The position numbers and the translations under genes were made by a program. Of a DNA stretch of 64,000 nucleotides, positions 29,166 through 38,340 are shown one piece after another. The stretch lies in assembly GCA_963667015.2 (NCBI GenBank), contig CAXXJJ010000001.1, forward strand, positions 1,216,001-1,280,000. Reading direction: 5' to 3'. The notes below the pieces were generated by a model. It made no database searches and had not been told where the DNA came from. It saw only the letters and a program-made list of their open reading frames with translations. The stretch comes from Desulfatiglandales bacterium. Its GTDB lineage: Bacteria > Desulfobacterota > DSM-4660 > Desulfatiglandales > HGW-15. Position 1 is the stretch's first letter, and each line of letters starts with the position of its first letter.

Positions 29166-30170
29166 ATGATGTACCAATACTGTTTATCATTCATCACTCC
29201 GGCACATTTCGGAATCGAGGGCATCGGTCAGGAGCGAATTGACCACCGGGTCCGATCAGATACCCTGTGGGGGGCAATAATCCAGCAATGGCTATTGCTA
29301 TACAATGACGATCCGGAAATGCTCTGTCTGGATTCGCCTTTCATGGTCAGTTCCTGTTTCCCTTACATAAATGGCGTCCCATTCTACCCACTCCCTATAG
29401 GCACCCTTGATCATCTTATCACTAAAGCGGGTCAGGCGGAAAAACCAGAGATCAGTGTAAAGGATCTAAGAAAAGTACGTTTTGTGGCCGAGCCTTTATT
29501 CAATGAAATTGTAAATGGTGGAACCTTGCGTTTTGAGGATTTGAGACCGGATACAGTTTTTCCCTTTGATAAGATTGAACCGGAAAGCGTGATAAAAAGA
29601 AAGCCCATTTATGATATTATGCAGCGACCTCGCCTGGGTACTGATCAACTATCCGGTGGCAGCACTGAAGGAACTTTTTTTTACTGTTCTGATCAATATT
29701 TCAGCCAGGATAACGGGTTATTCTTTATTGCATCCTTCCGTGATAATGAAACAAAAAAATGCTTTGATGCAGCCTTGCGACTACTTGGTGATACTGGCCT
29801 TGGTGCTGATCGTTCAATAGGACGTGGCTTGTTTATCTTTGAAAACAAAAAATATAAACTGCCTGATAATCCGGAACTCGACGATTACCTGCTTTTGTCT
29901 CTGTACCATCCAACCAGGGAAGAGGTAGCACAAGGGATTCTTGAAGCCCCGGCAGCATATACCATGATGAAGCGTTCAGGGCATGCTGCATCCCATGTGG
30001 TCAGCAATTTCCGCCGTTATGATGTCTGGATGATAGAAGAAGGCTCGATTTTCACAACAAGGCCAGTTGGTGATGTGGTGCGTGTACTGGAGAAGTCCGA
30101 ACTGATTCCCCACAATGTCTATAGATGTGGGCAGGCCTTCTGCATACCAATACAATTGAAAAATGTCTGA
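29166..30170 (+). CDS. csm4: Csm4 (Cas5 RAMP)
   Basis: RSDTLWGA, LLGDTGLGADRSIGRG and EGSIF. Confidence 0.92.
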   Translation: MMYQYCLSFITPAHFGIEGIGQERIDHRVRSDTLWGAIIQQWLLLYNDDPEMLCLDSPFMVSSCFPYINGVPFYPLPIGTLDHLITKAGQAEKPEISVKDLRKVRFVAEPLFNEIVNGGTLRFEDLRPDTVFPFDKIEPESVIKRKPIYDIMQRPRLGTDQLSGGSTEGTFFYCSDQYFSQDNGLFFIASFRDNETKKCFDAALRLLGDTGLGADRSIGRGLFIFENKKYKLPDNPELDDYLLLSLYHPTREEVAQGILEAPAAYTMMKRSGHAASHVVSNFRRYDVWMIEEGSIFTTRPVGDVVRVLEKSELIPHNVYRCGQAFCIPIQLKNV

Positions 30171-30182
30171 CATGGTGGAAAA

Positions 30183-31622
30183 ATGAACTATCATAAAATA
30201 CGAACCGTGTATAAATGCGTCATAGATATATTGACACCAGTACATGTAGGGTCTGGTGAAAAGCTGGTAGAGCATTTTGATTTTTTACATCAAGGTGACA
30301 AAATTCATATGATTAATTCTTCAAAATTGTTTACTGCCATTCAAAAATTGGGTTCAGAAAAAATCCAGGAATTTACACTGGCAGTTGAAGATGGAAATAT
30401 CGTAGAATGGTTGCAAGAACAGGGCATACGTCCGAATGGTATCGCCTCCTATTCTCTTGTATTTACTGGACAAAAGACACCAAGAGAAATCCATGCTCAA
30501 ATCCGTGACGCTTTTGGAAATCCATTGATCCCTGGAAGTTCCTTGAAAGGAGCATTACGCACCGCTATTATTCGAAAATTGGCGAAGGCAGAAGACCATT
30601 TCCAGGAAAAAGCAAAGGCAAAGGGGATCAAACCGAAATATATGGATCAAGGAATATGTGGAGCACTGTTGGGACGAGATCCGAAAGAAAACCTGCTGCG
30701 TACTTTATCAGTCGGAGATTATGCTTTCGAATCCGACCAAACAAGCATACAACAAGTATGGGTAAACCGCTTGACAAGTAAAACCAATTTGGCAGGTAAA
30801 TTTCCAATTCATATAGAAGGAATCAGCAATAATACTAATACTCAAGGCATTATCTCTTTTGACGAATTTCTTCCTGAAAAAGACAGCGAAAAAAAATGCT
30901 TCAACTTCAAGGACAGATTGTCCAAAGATTGGTTGATTGACGCCTGCCGGAGTCTAACCCAACATACCGTTGAAACAGAGCTTCAATTCTTGGAAGGCAA
31001 GAGCGGCAAGCCGGTTGAAGGACTCTATAGATTTTACACCAGACTTTCTGAACAGATTAAAAACCTTAAACAAAACGAAGTCATTATACAAATGGCGTGG
31101 GGCTCAGGATGGCGAGGTATGACAGGACAACTACTGGAGAGTGACGACCTAACCGATGATTTAAGGAAAAAGCTTAAATTGGAAGTCAAGTATCTTTCTT
31201 TTCCATTTCCCAAAAGCCGTCGTGTTGTCAATGTTAGAGGTGCAGAGCTTCCGATGGGTTGGATAAAACTTTCTTTTATGCCAATGGAGGACGTCAAAAA
31301 GGCGGAAAAGGAGAGGCAACAGCAGCAAATATCATTACAGAAAGAACGCCAAGGATGTGATGTTGAAGAAAATCATCGCCAGGAAATACTGGCTGATTTC
31401 AAAAACATCCTGCCAAAATCCCAGGATCTGCCTGGACAGATCACTCTCTTGATTGAGAAGATAAAGGTTCAAGAGGATGAGAATGTCAGGCGGGATATGG
31501 CTGGCGAACTGCTCGCTCTCGCACACTCTGACAAAAAGAGGTTTAAAAAGGCCAAGAATGCTGGTAAGCAGTGGGTTGAAAAATTGATCAGTCTGTGCAG
31601 TGAAGTTGGTTTAGAAGTTTAG
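30183..31622 (+). CDS. csm5: Csm5 (Cas7 RAMP) with a helical C-terminal extension
   Basis: LTPVHVGSG, IPGSSLKGALRTA, WGSGW, FPKSRR and PMGW. Confidence 0.92.
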   Translation: MNYHKIRTVYKCVIDILTPVHVGSGEKLVEHFDFLHQGDKIHMINSSKLFTAIQKLGSEKIQEFTLAVEDGNIVEWLQEQGIRPNGIASYSLVFTGQKTPREIHAQIRDAFGNPLIPGSSLKGALRTAIIRKLAKAEDHFQEKAKAKGIKPKYMDQGICGALLGRDPKENLLRTLSVGDYAFESDQTSIQQVWVNRLTSKTNLAGKFPIHIEGISNNTNTQGIISFDEFLPEKDSEKKCFNFKDRLSKDWLIDACRSLTQHTVETELQFLEGKSGKPVEGLYRFYTRLSEQIKNLKQNEVIIQMAWGSGWRGMTGQLLESDDLTDDLRKKLKLEVKYLSFPFPKSRRVVNVRGAELPMGWIKLSFMPMEDVKKAEKERQQQQISLQKERQGCDVEENHRQEILADFKNILPKSQDLPGQITLLIEKIKVQEDENVRRDMAGELLALAHSDKKRFKKAKNAGKQWVEKLISLCSEVGLEV

Positions 31623-31811
31623 CTTTCAAGTCCTTGTTCCCTTTTTTGACAATACCATTTTACAGATTAGGGAATACGATGTCCTATAAAGAACAGTGTT
31701 ATAGATATTTACAGCAGGATTGAAAAGTTTTCACAGGAAAACAGGAGTAAGTTTGAAGATTCAATAGAGTGATAAAACGACAGGTTTTATTAAATTTAAA
31801 GGTGTTATGGC

Positions 31812-32372
31812 ATGGCTAATGTTATTAAAAATAAAAAGCAACTTATCCGGAACTCCACTGCTGAGTTTTTAATGTTTACCTCCCAGGCCAATGAAGACAG
31901 CATTGAAGTTCGGGTGCAGACTGAGACTATCTGGTTGTCACAAAAAATGATGGCAACCTTATTTGATTGCAGCACTGATAATATCTCTCTTCATCTGAAA
32001 AATATTTTTAAAACAAATGAACTTGATGAGAATTCAGTTACCGAGGAATTCTCGGTAACTGCTGCGGATGGGAAAAATTATAAGACAAAACATTATAACC
32101 TCGATGCCATAATATCAGTCGGTTACCGGGTCAACTCTGTTCGGGCAACCCAGTTCAGGCAGTGGGCAACAAAGGTTCTTCGTGAGTTTGCTATTAAAGG
32201 TTATGTTCTGGATAAAACCGGAAAGATAAAAAGTCATATGCTGGAAAGGAGCAGACTGTTCAACATAGAAATATGGCCGCTTTTGATGATTGCAGATCCA
32301 GATGAATGGATAAAAAATAAATATCTTCAGACGGTAAAACCAAATGGATACCGCGATCAAGTCGCGAAATGA
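31812..32372 (+). pseudogene. Truncated RhuM-family protein fused to an unrelated C-terminal tail
   Basis: IRNSTAEFL, ETIWLSQKMMATLF, YNLDAIISVGYRVNS and ATQFRQWAT; similarity stops at KGYVLDK. Confidence 0.75.
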
Positions 32373-32412
32373 CAGTATGGAGGTGTCGTAGAATGGCGTT
32401 TGCGGTTATAAA

Positions 32413-32673
32413 TCACGGATTCTTTAAAACATCATCATGCGGTCCGATACGGCGAAAAAGATAATGATCTTCATGTATTTCAAAAGTAAAACGATAGAAC
32501 ATATTAATGCTTGCTTCCCAGCGATTTGCATACCCTTTCATCTTTTTTACGCGGAGTGAAGGATGGCGGATATTATCCATAAAAATCCGGATTTTTTTGT
32601 TAAACAATCTTTGAACATCTGCGGGAAGCTGGCTGTAGTCTTTTTTAAAGGAATTGGTTCTAAGAAGTTTCAC
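32413..32673 (-). CDS. RelE/ParE-superfamily toxin
   Basis: 86 aa; TNSFKKDY, HPSLRVKKMKG, YRFTFE and RRIGPHD. Confidence 0.85.
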   Translation of the reverse strand: MKLLRTNSFKKDYSQLPADVQRLFNKKIRIFMDNIRHPSLRVKKMKGYANRWEASINMFYRFTFEIHEDHYLFRRIGPHDDVLKNP

Positions 32674-32927
32674 GAGTTCAGCTCATCCAGGAAGTCATCC
32701 ACATCTGAAAACTCCATAACATTGCCTGAATTAATTTCCTCATCAGCTTCTTTTTCGGCCTTTTCCCAGTCAAAATTCTTAAAATACGGGGGTAAATTAA
32801 GCGCATGTTTTACAAGTTCCATTATGGCTTCGCCTGAATCGGAAATCCGGTTGTTTTTACTGAATGCCATAATTCCTGCATATATATTGTCAGGAATTTC
32901 GAGTGTTATTTTGTGTTTTTCTGTCAT
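32670..32927 (-). CDS. Antitoxin (RHH-like N-terminus, acidic C-terminus)
   Basis: SD AAAGGAG; WEKAEKEADEEINSG...FSDVDDFLDEL tail; 4-nt overlap with the toxin. Confidence 0.8.
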   Translation of the reverse strand: MTEKHKITLEIPDNIYAGIMAFSKNNRISDSGEAIMELVKHALNLPPYFKNFDWEKAEKEADEEINSGNVMEFSDVDDFLDELNS

Positions 32928-33001
32928 GTTTAACTCCTTTACTAATGACTTATATAATAGAATATCAGGCATTCATATGTCAATAAACGGAGATTGCTGA
33001 T

Positions 33002-33412
33002 TTGTCAGGTTCACTTTTCCTTATATTCAACCACACATTCACAGATGATCAGCGTGAAGATGCTATCACTTCACTGGGTATCAACCGGATTGTTGATATG
33101 CCGCCTGATTATAAAGACATATGGAGTGATATCCCGCCGGACATTAATAAAATAAACAATTACCTGGAACCGGTAAAAATCTGGCTTAATCATGAAGCCA
33201 GAGATGAAGATTATGTTTTAATTCAGGGAGATTTAGGGGCCTGTTACATTATAATAAATTACTGTTTCCATTTTGATTTGATTCCCATTTATTCAACAAC
33301 AAACCGAAAAATTAATGAAATGATTCTAAAAAACGGCACAGTAAAAATTACACATCATTTTCAGCATAATATATTCAGAAGGTATGAAAGGTGCCTACAA
33401 ACATGTATGTGA
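33002..33412 (+). CDS. csx20: CRISPR-associated Csx20 (ring-nuclease-like)
   Basis: FLIFNHTFT..Q, WSDIPP, DYVLIQGD.GA, YSTT.R and F.H..FRRY. Confidence 0.85.
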   Translation: MSGSLFLIFNHTFTDDQREDAITSLGINRIVDMPPDYKDIWSDIPPDINKINNYLEPVKIWLNHEARDEDYVLIQGDLGACYIIINYCFHFDLIPIYSTTNRKINEMILKNGTVKITHHFQHNIFRRYERCLQTCM

Positions 33413-33460
33413 ATTCATCTGTTCCTATTAATAATAAACCGACAGATATTCGAGGATATA

Positions 33461-34735
33461 ATGGTTGAAAAAAAATTTAATGGATTGATGATAATGTCAC
33501 TTGGCGGTTCACAAGAGCCGCTTATAAAAAGTATCTCTTATCATAAGCCGGATAAGATTATATTTCTTGCATCGCAGAGTTCTGTTTTGCTTGCAGGAGA
33601 TATTTTGAAAACAATAAATTATAAACCTGAGACCGAATTTGAAATAACTGATAATCCGAACATAATGTTTGAGTGCTATGGTGCTGCCCGTCGCTGCATT
33701 GACAGAGTAAAGAGGGGAAAAATACCACCGGAAAATGTGATTGTTGACTATACAGGTGGCACCAAAGTTATGACAGCTTCTCTTATACTCGCTACTATTG
33801 GAGAACCATATAATTTTAATTATGTTGGAGGAGAAAAACGAAATAAAGAAGGAGTGGGGGTGGTAATCGACGGGTTTGAAACAATGTATCCTGAAATGAG
33901 CCCATGGTCAATATTTGCGGAGGAGGAAAGGCGTCAGATTGTGACATTATTCAACAGCCGGCGTTTTTCTTCTGTTGTAAAAATAATTGAGTCTTATGAT
34001 CGAACGCCCCCTCGCCGGATAAGGGATTATTTCGGTTTTATCAGTCTTCTAGCCAAGGGATTTCTTTACTGGGAGCAGTTTGATCATAAGGCGGCACACA
34101 GGAAACTGATTTCGGCTCGTGATGCTCTTACTGAGTATATTGAATTATATAAGGAATCATCTCTTGAGAAATTTTCTACACAGGTTGAAATTCATCTGGA
34201 TTATCTTGATAGACTTGTTTCTCAGACAAATGGTTTGAAAAATAAACATGATATCCTCGTGAATGATCTTGTAAATAATGCAAGGCGTCGTATATCGGAC
34301 AAACGTTATGATGATGCCGCAGCCAGGCTATACAGGGCTTTAGAACTTTATGGTCAGATTATCTTCGAGGAAAATGCTGGATGTGATAATGATAGAGTGG
34401 CTCCTGAATTTATCCCAGAGGCTATAAGAGATGAGTTTGTGAGAAAATATAACGATCCTGCTCATAAAAAATTAAAACTTCCATTGACTGCGACTTTCCA
34501 GTATCTTGAAGTTATTGGACATGAAGCAGGGAAAAGATTTTTCAAAAACATATCTGATATTAAAAAAATCCAGAGTAACAGAAATTATTCAATCCTGGCA
34601 CATGGAATAAAACCTATATCTGAAAAGGCAGTCAATTCAATATTTAATACAGTAACTGACTTTGTTGACATTAAAGATTTTTTGATTTCCCAATGTTGCC
34701 TTAAGGGATTTTCCTGCTCTTTGACAACTGAATAA
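33461..34735 (+). CDS. TIGR02710-family CARF-HEPN effector
   Basis: SLGGSQEP, VDYTGGTKVMT, RYDDAAARLYRALE and HEPN motif RNYSILAHG. Confidence 0.9.
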   Translation: MVEKKFNGLMIMSLGGSQEPLIKSISYHKPDKIIFLASQSSVLLAGDILKTINYKPETEFEITDNPNIMFECYGAARRCIDRVKRGKIPPENVIVDYTGGTKVMTASLILATIGEPYNFNYVGGEKRNKEGVGVVIDGFETMYPEMSPWSIFAEEERRQIVTLFNSRRFSSVVKIIESYDRTPPRRIRDYFGFISLLAKGFLYWEQFDHKAAHRKLISARDALTEYIELYKESSLEKFSTQVEIHLDYLDRLVSQTNGLKNKHDILVNDLVNNARRRISDKRYDDAAARLYRALELYGQIIFEENAGCDNDRVAPEFIPEAIRDEFVRKYNDPAHKKLKLPLTATFQYLEVIGHEAGKRFFKNISDIKKIQSNRNYSILAHGIKPISEKAVNSIFNTVTDFVDIKDFLISQCCLKGFSCSLTTE

Positions 34736-34760
34736 AAATCTAAAAAACTGTTTCTGGAAC

Positions 34761-34772
34761 AGCAACGTTGCA
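34761..34772. promoter_or_regulatory. Putative operator AGCAACGTTGCA upstream of cas1
   Basis: Third identical copy of the motif. Confidence 0.7.
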
Positions 34773-34832
34773 CTCCTTGAACACAAACCTCCATGTATTA
34801 TGATTTGTAATAATAGATGGAGGTAATAAAGC

Positions 34833-35990
34833 ATGATAGCATATATAAAAACACAGGGGGCACGGATCGTAAAAGAAGGCAGGCACCTTCTTGTGCGTAA
34901 AGGTGACGGTATCTACAACACACTTTTTACCTACAAGCTGGATCAACTGCTGCTGTTCGGTAATATTGAGATTACCCACAGCGCGATGATCCAGCTTATG
35001 CGTAATAATATAGATACTGTATTTCTTACGCAAAATGGCAGGTATCTTGGCAGGCTCGCGGCACCGGAATCTAAAAACGTCTTTCTCCACAAAAAACAGT
35101 ACAACCTCCTTGATGACAATGATTTTGGATTGAGAATGACAAAGGCCATTGTAGGAGGGAAGCTTTCAAATATGGCCACCCTTTTAATGCGGATAAAGCG
35201 CAGCAGGAAGATCGAGGAAGCAGGAAAAAAAGCTGCCACTATACAGGAACTGATGCCTAAACTCGATAATTCAGAATCCATCGACAGCGCAAGAGGTTAT
35301 GAAGGGAGGGGAAGCGCATTGTTTTTTGAAGGATTCCGGTTTGGATTTGTAGAAGATGCGGGTTTCAGGAAAAGAGTGAGAAGACCTCCCACAGACCCTG
35401 TAAATTCGGTACTTTCGCTTGTTTATACCTTTCTTATGAACAGGGTTTATTCTGCTGTTCGTGTGGCAGGGCTTGACCCTTATCCGGGATTTCTTCATAC
35501 AATAGACTATGGCAGGTATTCGCTTGTACTGGATCTTATGGAGGAGTTCCGCACTATTATTGCCGATACCCTTACACTTTCACTTTTTAACCTGAAGATA
35601 TTGCAGAAGGATGACTTTGAGCGGGAAGAGCCGGTAAATTTATCTAAAAAAGAATCAGGTGCTGCGGCTATTCCTGATGTGTCAAAAGATCCGATTGGGC
35701 TTATTTCGCTTGAAAGTGATGCATCAGGCAGCTTTGATATTCCTGAACAGAGAATGGATGATTCTCCAGCACCTGCCGAACAGGTTACAGGTAAATACCC
35801 GGTAAAACTAAAAGCAGATGCCTTTAAAAGGGTAATAGATGCCTTTGAAAAAAAAATGACAACTTCCTTCCATCATTCGCCGGCAGAAAGGCAGTTCACA
35901 TATGGTGATGCTCTTATCTTTCAGGCAGGCCAATACAGGAAAATAATTGAAGGAGAGGTTGAAGCATATCAGCCTGTACTGCTCAAATGA
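34833..35990 (+). CDS. cas1: Cas1 with an approximately 55-aa insertion
   Basis: RGYEG, RRPPTDPVNSVLS, GLDPYPGFLH and LVLDLMEEFR. Confidence 0.96.
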   Translation: MIAYIKTQGARIVKEGRHLLVRKGDGIYNTLFTYKLDQLLLFGNIEITHSAMIQLMRNNIDTVFLTQNGRYLGRLAAPESKNVFLHKKQYNLLDDNDFGLRMTKAIVGGKLSNMATLLMRIKRSRKIEEAGKKAATIQELMPKLDNSESIDSARGYEGRGSALFFEGFRFGFVEDAGFRKRVRRPPTDPVNSVLSLVYTFLMNRVYSAVRVAGLDPYPGFLHTIDYGRYSLVLDLMEEFRTIIADTLTLSLFNLKILQKDDFEREEPVNLSKKESGAAAIPDVSKDPIGLISLESDASGSFDIPEQRMDDSPAPAEQVTGKYPVKLKADAFKRVIDAFEKKMTTSFHHSPAERQFTYGDALIFQAGQYRKIIEGEVEAYQPVLLK

Positions 35991-36262
35991 TTACCATGGT
36001 CACTTATGATATAACCGAGCCAAAGCGCTTAAGGCGGCTGCATAATTTTTTAAAGGAATTCGGATTGAATACACAGAAGTCTGTTTTTGAATGTGATATT
36101 GATGATAAAGCCCTTAAAAAAATACGTAATTACTGCAGGGAAAACCTGGATCTGGATGAAGACTCGGTAAGGATATATAAAATCTGCTCAGGATGTATAA
36201 ATAAAGTTGAGCTTTCAGGCCTGGGAATGAAGTTAACACAACTTGATTACATGGTGGTTTAA
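35987..36262 (+). CDS. cas2: Cas2 (first copy)
   Basis: VTYDI..KRL, QKSVFEC and DSVRIY. Confidence 0.93.
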   Translation: MITMVTYDITEPKRLRRLHNFLKEFGLNTQKSVFECDIDDKALKKIRNYCRENLDLDEDSVRIYKICSGCINKVELSGLGMKLTQLDYMVV

Positions 36263-36264
36263 TA

Positions 36265-36543
36265 ATGAATATGCTTGTAGCATATGATATTGCTGATCCG
36301 AGGCGATTAAACAAGGTGGCAAAGGTAATAAAAGATTATGGGCAAAGGGTGCAGAAATCCATCTTTGAAGTAAGACTGAAGGAAAAGCAATTTGCTGTGA
36401 TGAAAAAACGTGTGGAAGAAATAATTGCTGAATCGGAGGACGGGGTAAAATATTTTCCTTTATGCGAAAAATGCAGTGGAACAGTTGAGATAATTGGTCA
36501 GGGTGTTTTTATAGATCCAGATGAAGAATATGTAGTTGTTTAG
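36265..36543 (+). CDS. cas2: Cas2 (second copy)
   Basis: VAYDIADPRRL and YGQRVQKSIFE. Confidence 0.93.
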   Translation: MNMLVAYDIADPRRLNKVAKVIKDYGQRVQKSIFEVRLKEKQFAVMKKRVEEIIAESEDGVKYFPLCEKCSGTVEIIGQGVFIDPDEEYVVV

Positions 36544-36779
36544 CACGCGAACCTGATTGCAAAAATTTATTTTGTATGTAATTGATTGATTTTACGTAGT
36601 ATTATTTAAAAGTAGATAATATGGTTCGCGTAGCTAATATTTTGTTATAAATATCAGTATCTTATATGTTATTTTATTCGTAGGGAGATTGAAGAATTGA
36701 AAAATATTATTTTTTTAAAAGGAGGTTCGCGAAAAGCAGTTTTTAACTTTTTGATTTTTAATAGGAAAAAGGACAAGCA
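36544..36779 (+). promoter_or_regulatory. CRISPR leader with IHF sites and GGTTCGCG motifs
   Basis: AT-rich. IHF consensus matches at 36579-36591 and 36744-36756, near-match at 36652-36664. CGCGAACC at 36546; GGTTCGCG at 36623 and 36724. Confidence 0.85.
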
Positions 36780-37537
36780 GTTCCGAAAGACCTGATTAAT
36801 GAAGGGATTGAGACGTTTTTTGCCTTCTTTTAAATAAATGGCTAAAAACTCTGGTTCCGAAAGACCTGATTAATGAAGGGATTGAGACAATTTATTTTTC
36901 GGACAATTGGGATGATGCTTAGATGCCAGTTCCGAAAGACCTGATTAATGAAGGGATTGAGACATCGATGTATTTCTGCTTTTTGATTTGATCGTCTGTG
37001 TAGTTCCGAAAGACCTGATTAATGAAGGGATTGAGACTACATAGTTTGTTTATGCGTTTAAATTTCATGTTTTATGTTCCGAAAGACCTGATTAATGAAG
37101 GGATTGAGACATTTTACTTTTTCATTCAATTACATGGCCCTTAGTTTCTTGTTCCGAAAGACCTGATTAATGAAGGGATTGAGACTGACCATTCTCAACT
37201 CTGCTTATGCTTTCAAAGGTAGTGTTCCGAAAGACCTGATTAATGAAGGGATTGAGACTTCTCCATTTTCTTACCCTTTCCAGCTATGCTGAGTAGGTTC
37301 CGAAAGACCTGATTAATGAAGGGATTGAGACCAGTTATTACATGGTATATCTTTTGCTTTCATAGTTCCTTGTTCCGAAAGACCTGATTAATGAAGGGAT
37401 TGAGACTTCTCCTTTAGCTCTTTAATGGGTGGGGTGAGGGTTCGAGTTCCGAAAGACCTGATTAACGAAGGGATTAAGAACTTTATCAGTCTTATCCCAT
37501 TTTTTAGTATGGGAAAGTGAAGTTCCGAAAGAAGGGA
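36780..37537 (+). CRISPR. CRISPR array, 35-bp repeat GTTCCGAAAGACCTGATTAATGAAGGGATTGAGAC; 9 perfect repeats, 1 degenerate, 1 internally deleted; 10 spacers of 38-41 nt
   Basis: Repeats start at 36780, 36854, 36929, 37003, 37076, 37151, 37224, 37297, 37372, 37446 (degenerate) and 37522 (GTTCCGAAAGAAGGGA). The ATTGAGAC end and the distal degeneration fix the orientation. Confidence 0.99.
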
Positions 37538-37625
37538 GTTCGTTTAGTATTGCAGAAAGCTTCAATATGCTTCCTTATTGCAGAATTAGAGTCGTCAATG
37601 ATTTTATTAAATAGAGATGACTCTG

Positions 37626-38309
37626 TTAATCCTCTCTCTTTATCCTTTTAATTATCTTAGGAATAAAAAAGGAAAAGATAAAAAGGGCGATTGATCCGAA
37701 TACCCTGAAGGATATAAGCTCTTCCCAGTTGCCTGATGTCCACACGTCTTTAATGGTTCCAATAAAAAATGTAAAAATAAATGTCCCGACTATAATCCCC
37801 AGCCCTGTACCGAAGAAATAATCAATAAATTTTACTCTTGTAAGCCCCATGCCGAAATTCATGGGTGTGAAGGGGAAGTATACAAGCCTGAGATATAATA
37901 CTGTGGCAAAGCCGTTACGCTCTATTGCATTATCGTATTTTTTCAGTTTTTCCCCTATAAGAGAAGCCGCATAGTCCCGTCCCAGTGTCCTGCCTATAAA
38001 AAATGCACCGCTGGAACCTATCATTGCTCCTGTCCATACATATATAAAACCATAGTAGGGTCCGAAGACAGCCGCGCCTATTCCTGTAAGGAGGGTACCT
38101 GGAAGGAATATACAGACGCCAACCGCATATATAAGAATATAAACTGCCGGTGCCCACACACCTGCCCGGTCAATAAAGTTTCTCAGTGTTGTAACGTTTA
38201 TATAATTTCTTGCAGGAGTAAATTTGAGGATAAGGATGCATGCAGCGATAAAACATAAAAATATTAAGGCCTTTAGAAGGGCATTTTTATTTGTTGTTTT
38301 TTGTTTCAT
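37626..38309 (-). CDS. TVP38/TMEM64 (DedA/VTT) family membrane protein
   Basis: FLPGTLLT, F..GRTLGR and LRLVYFPF..MNFG.GLT. Confidence 0.88.
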   Translation of the reverse strand: MKQKTTNKNALLKALIFLCFIAACILILKFTPARNYINVTTLRNFIDRAGVWAPAVYILIYAVGVCIFLPGTLLTGIGAAVFGPYYGFIYVWTGAMIGSSGAFFIGRTLGRDYAASLIGEKLKKYDNAIERNGFATVLYLRLVYFPFTPMNFGMGLTRVKFIDYFFGTGLGIIVGTFIFTFFIGTIKDVWTSGNWEELISFRVFGSIALFIFSFFIPKIIKRIKRED

Positions 38310-38340
38310 GGATTTACCAGATATCGGTAGGGGCCTTGCG

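Noticed and set aside
31679..31772. Short ORF fragments after csm5
   Set aside because: Too short, with no recognisable family.
37425..37450. tRNA T-arm-like GTGAGGGTTCGAG in spacer 9
   Set aside because: No cloverleaf can be built; the match runs into the repeat and is likely chance.
36815..37521. Self-targeting spacers
   Set aside because: I saw no match within the window by eye; this was not searched exhaustively.
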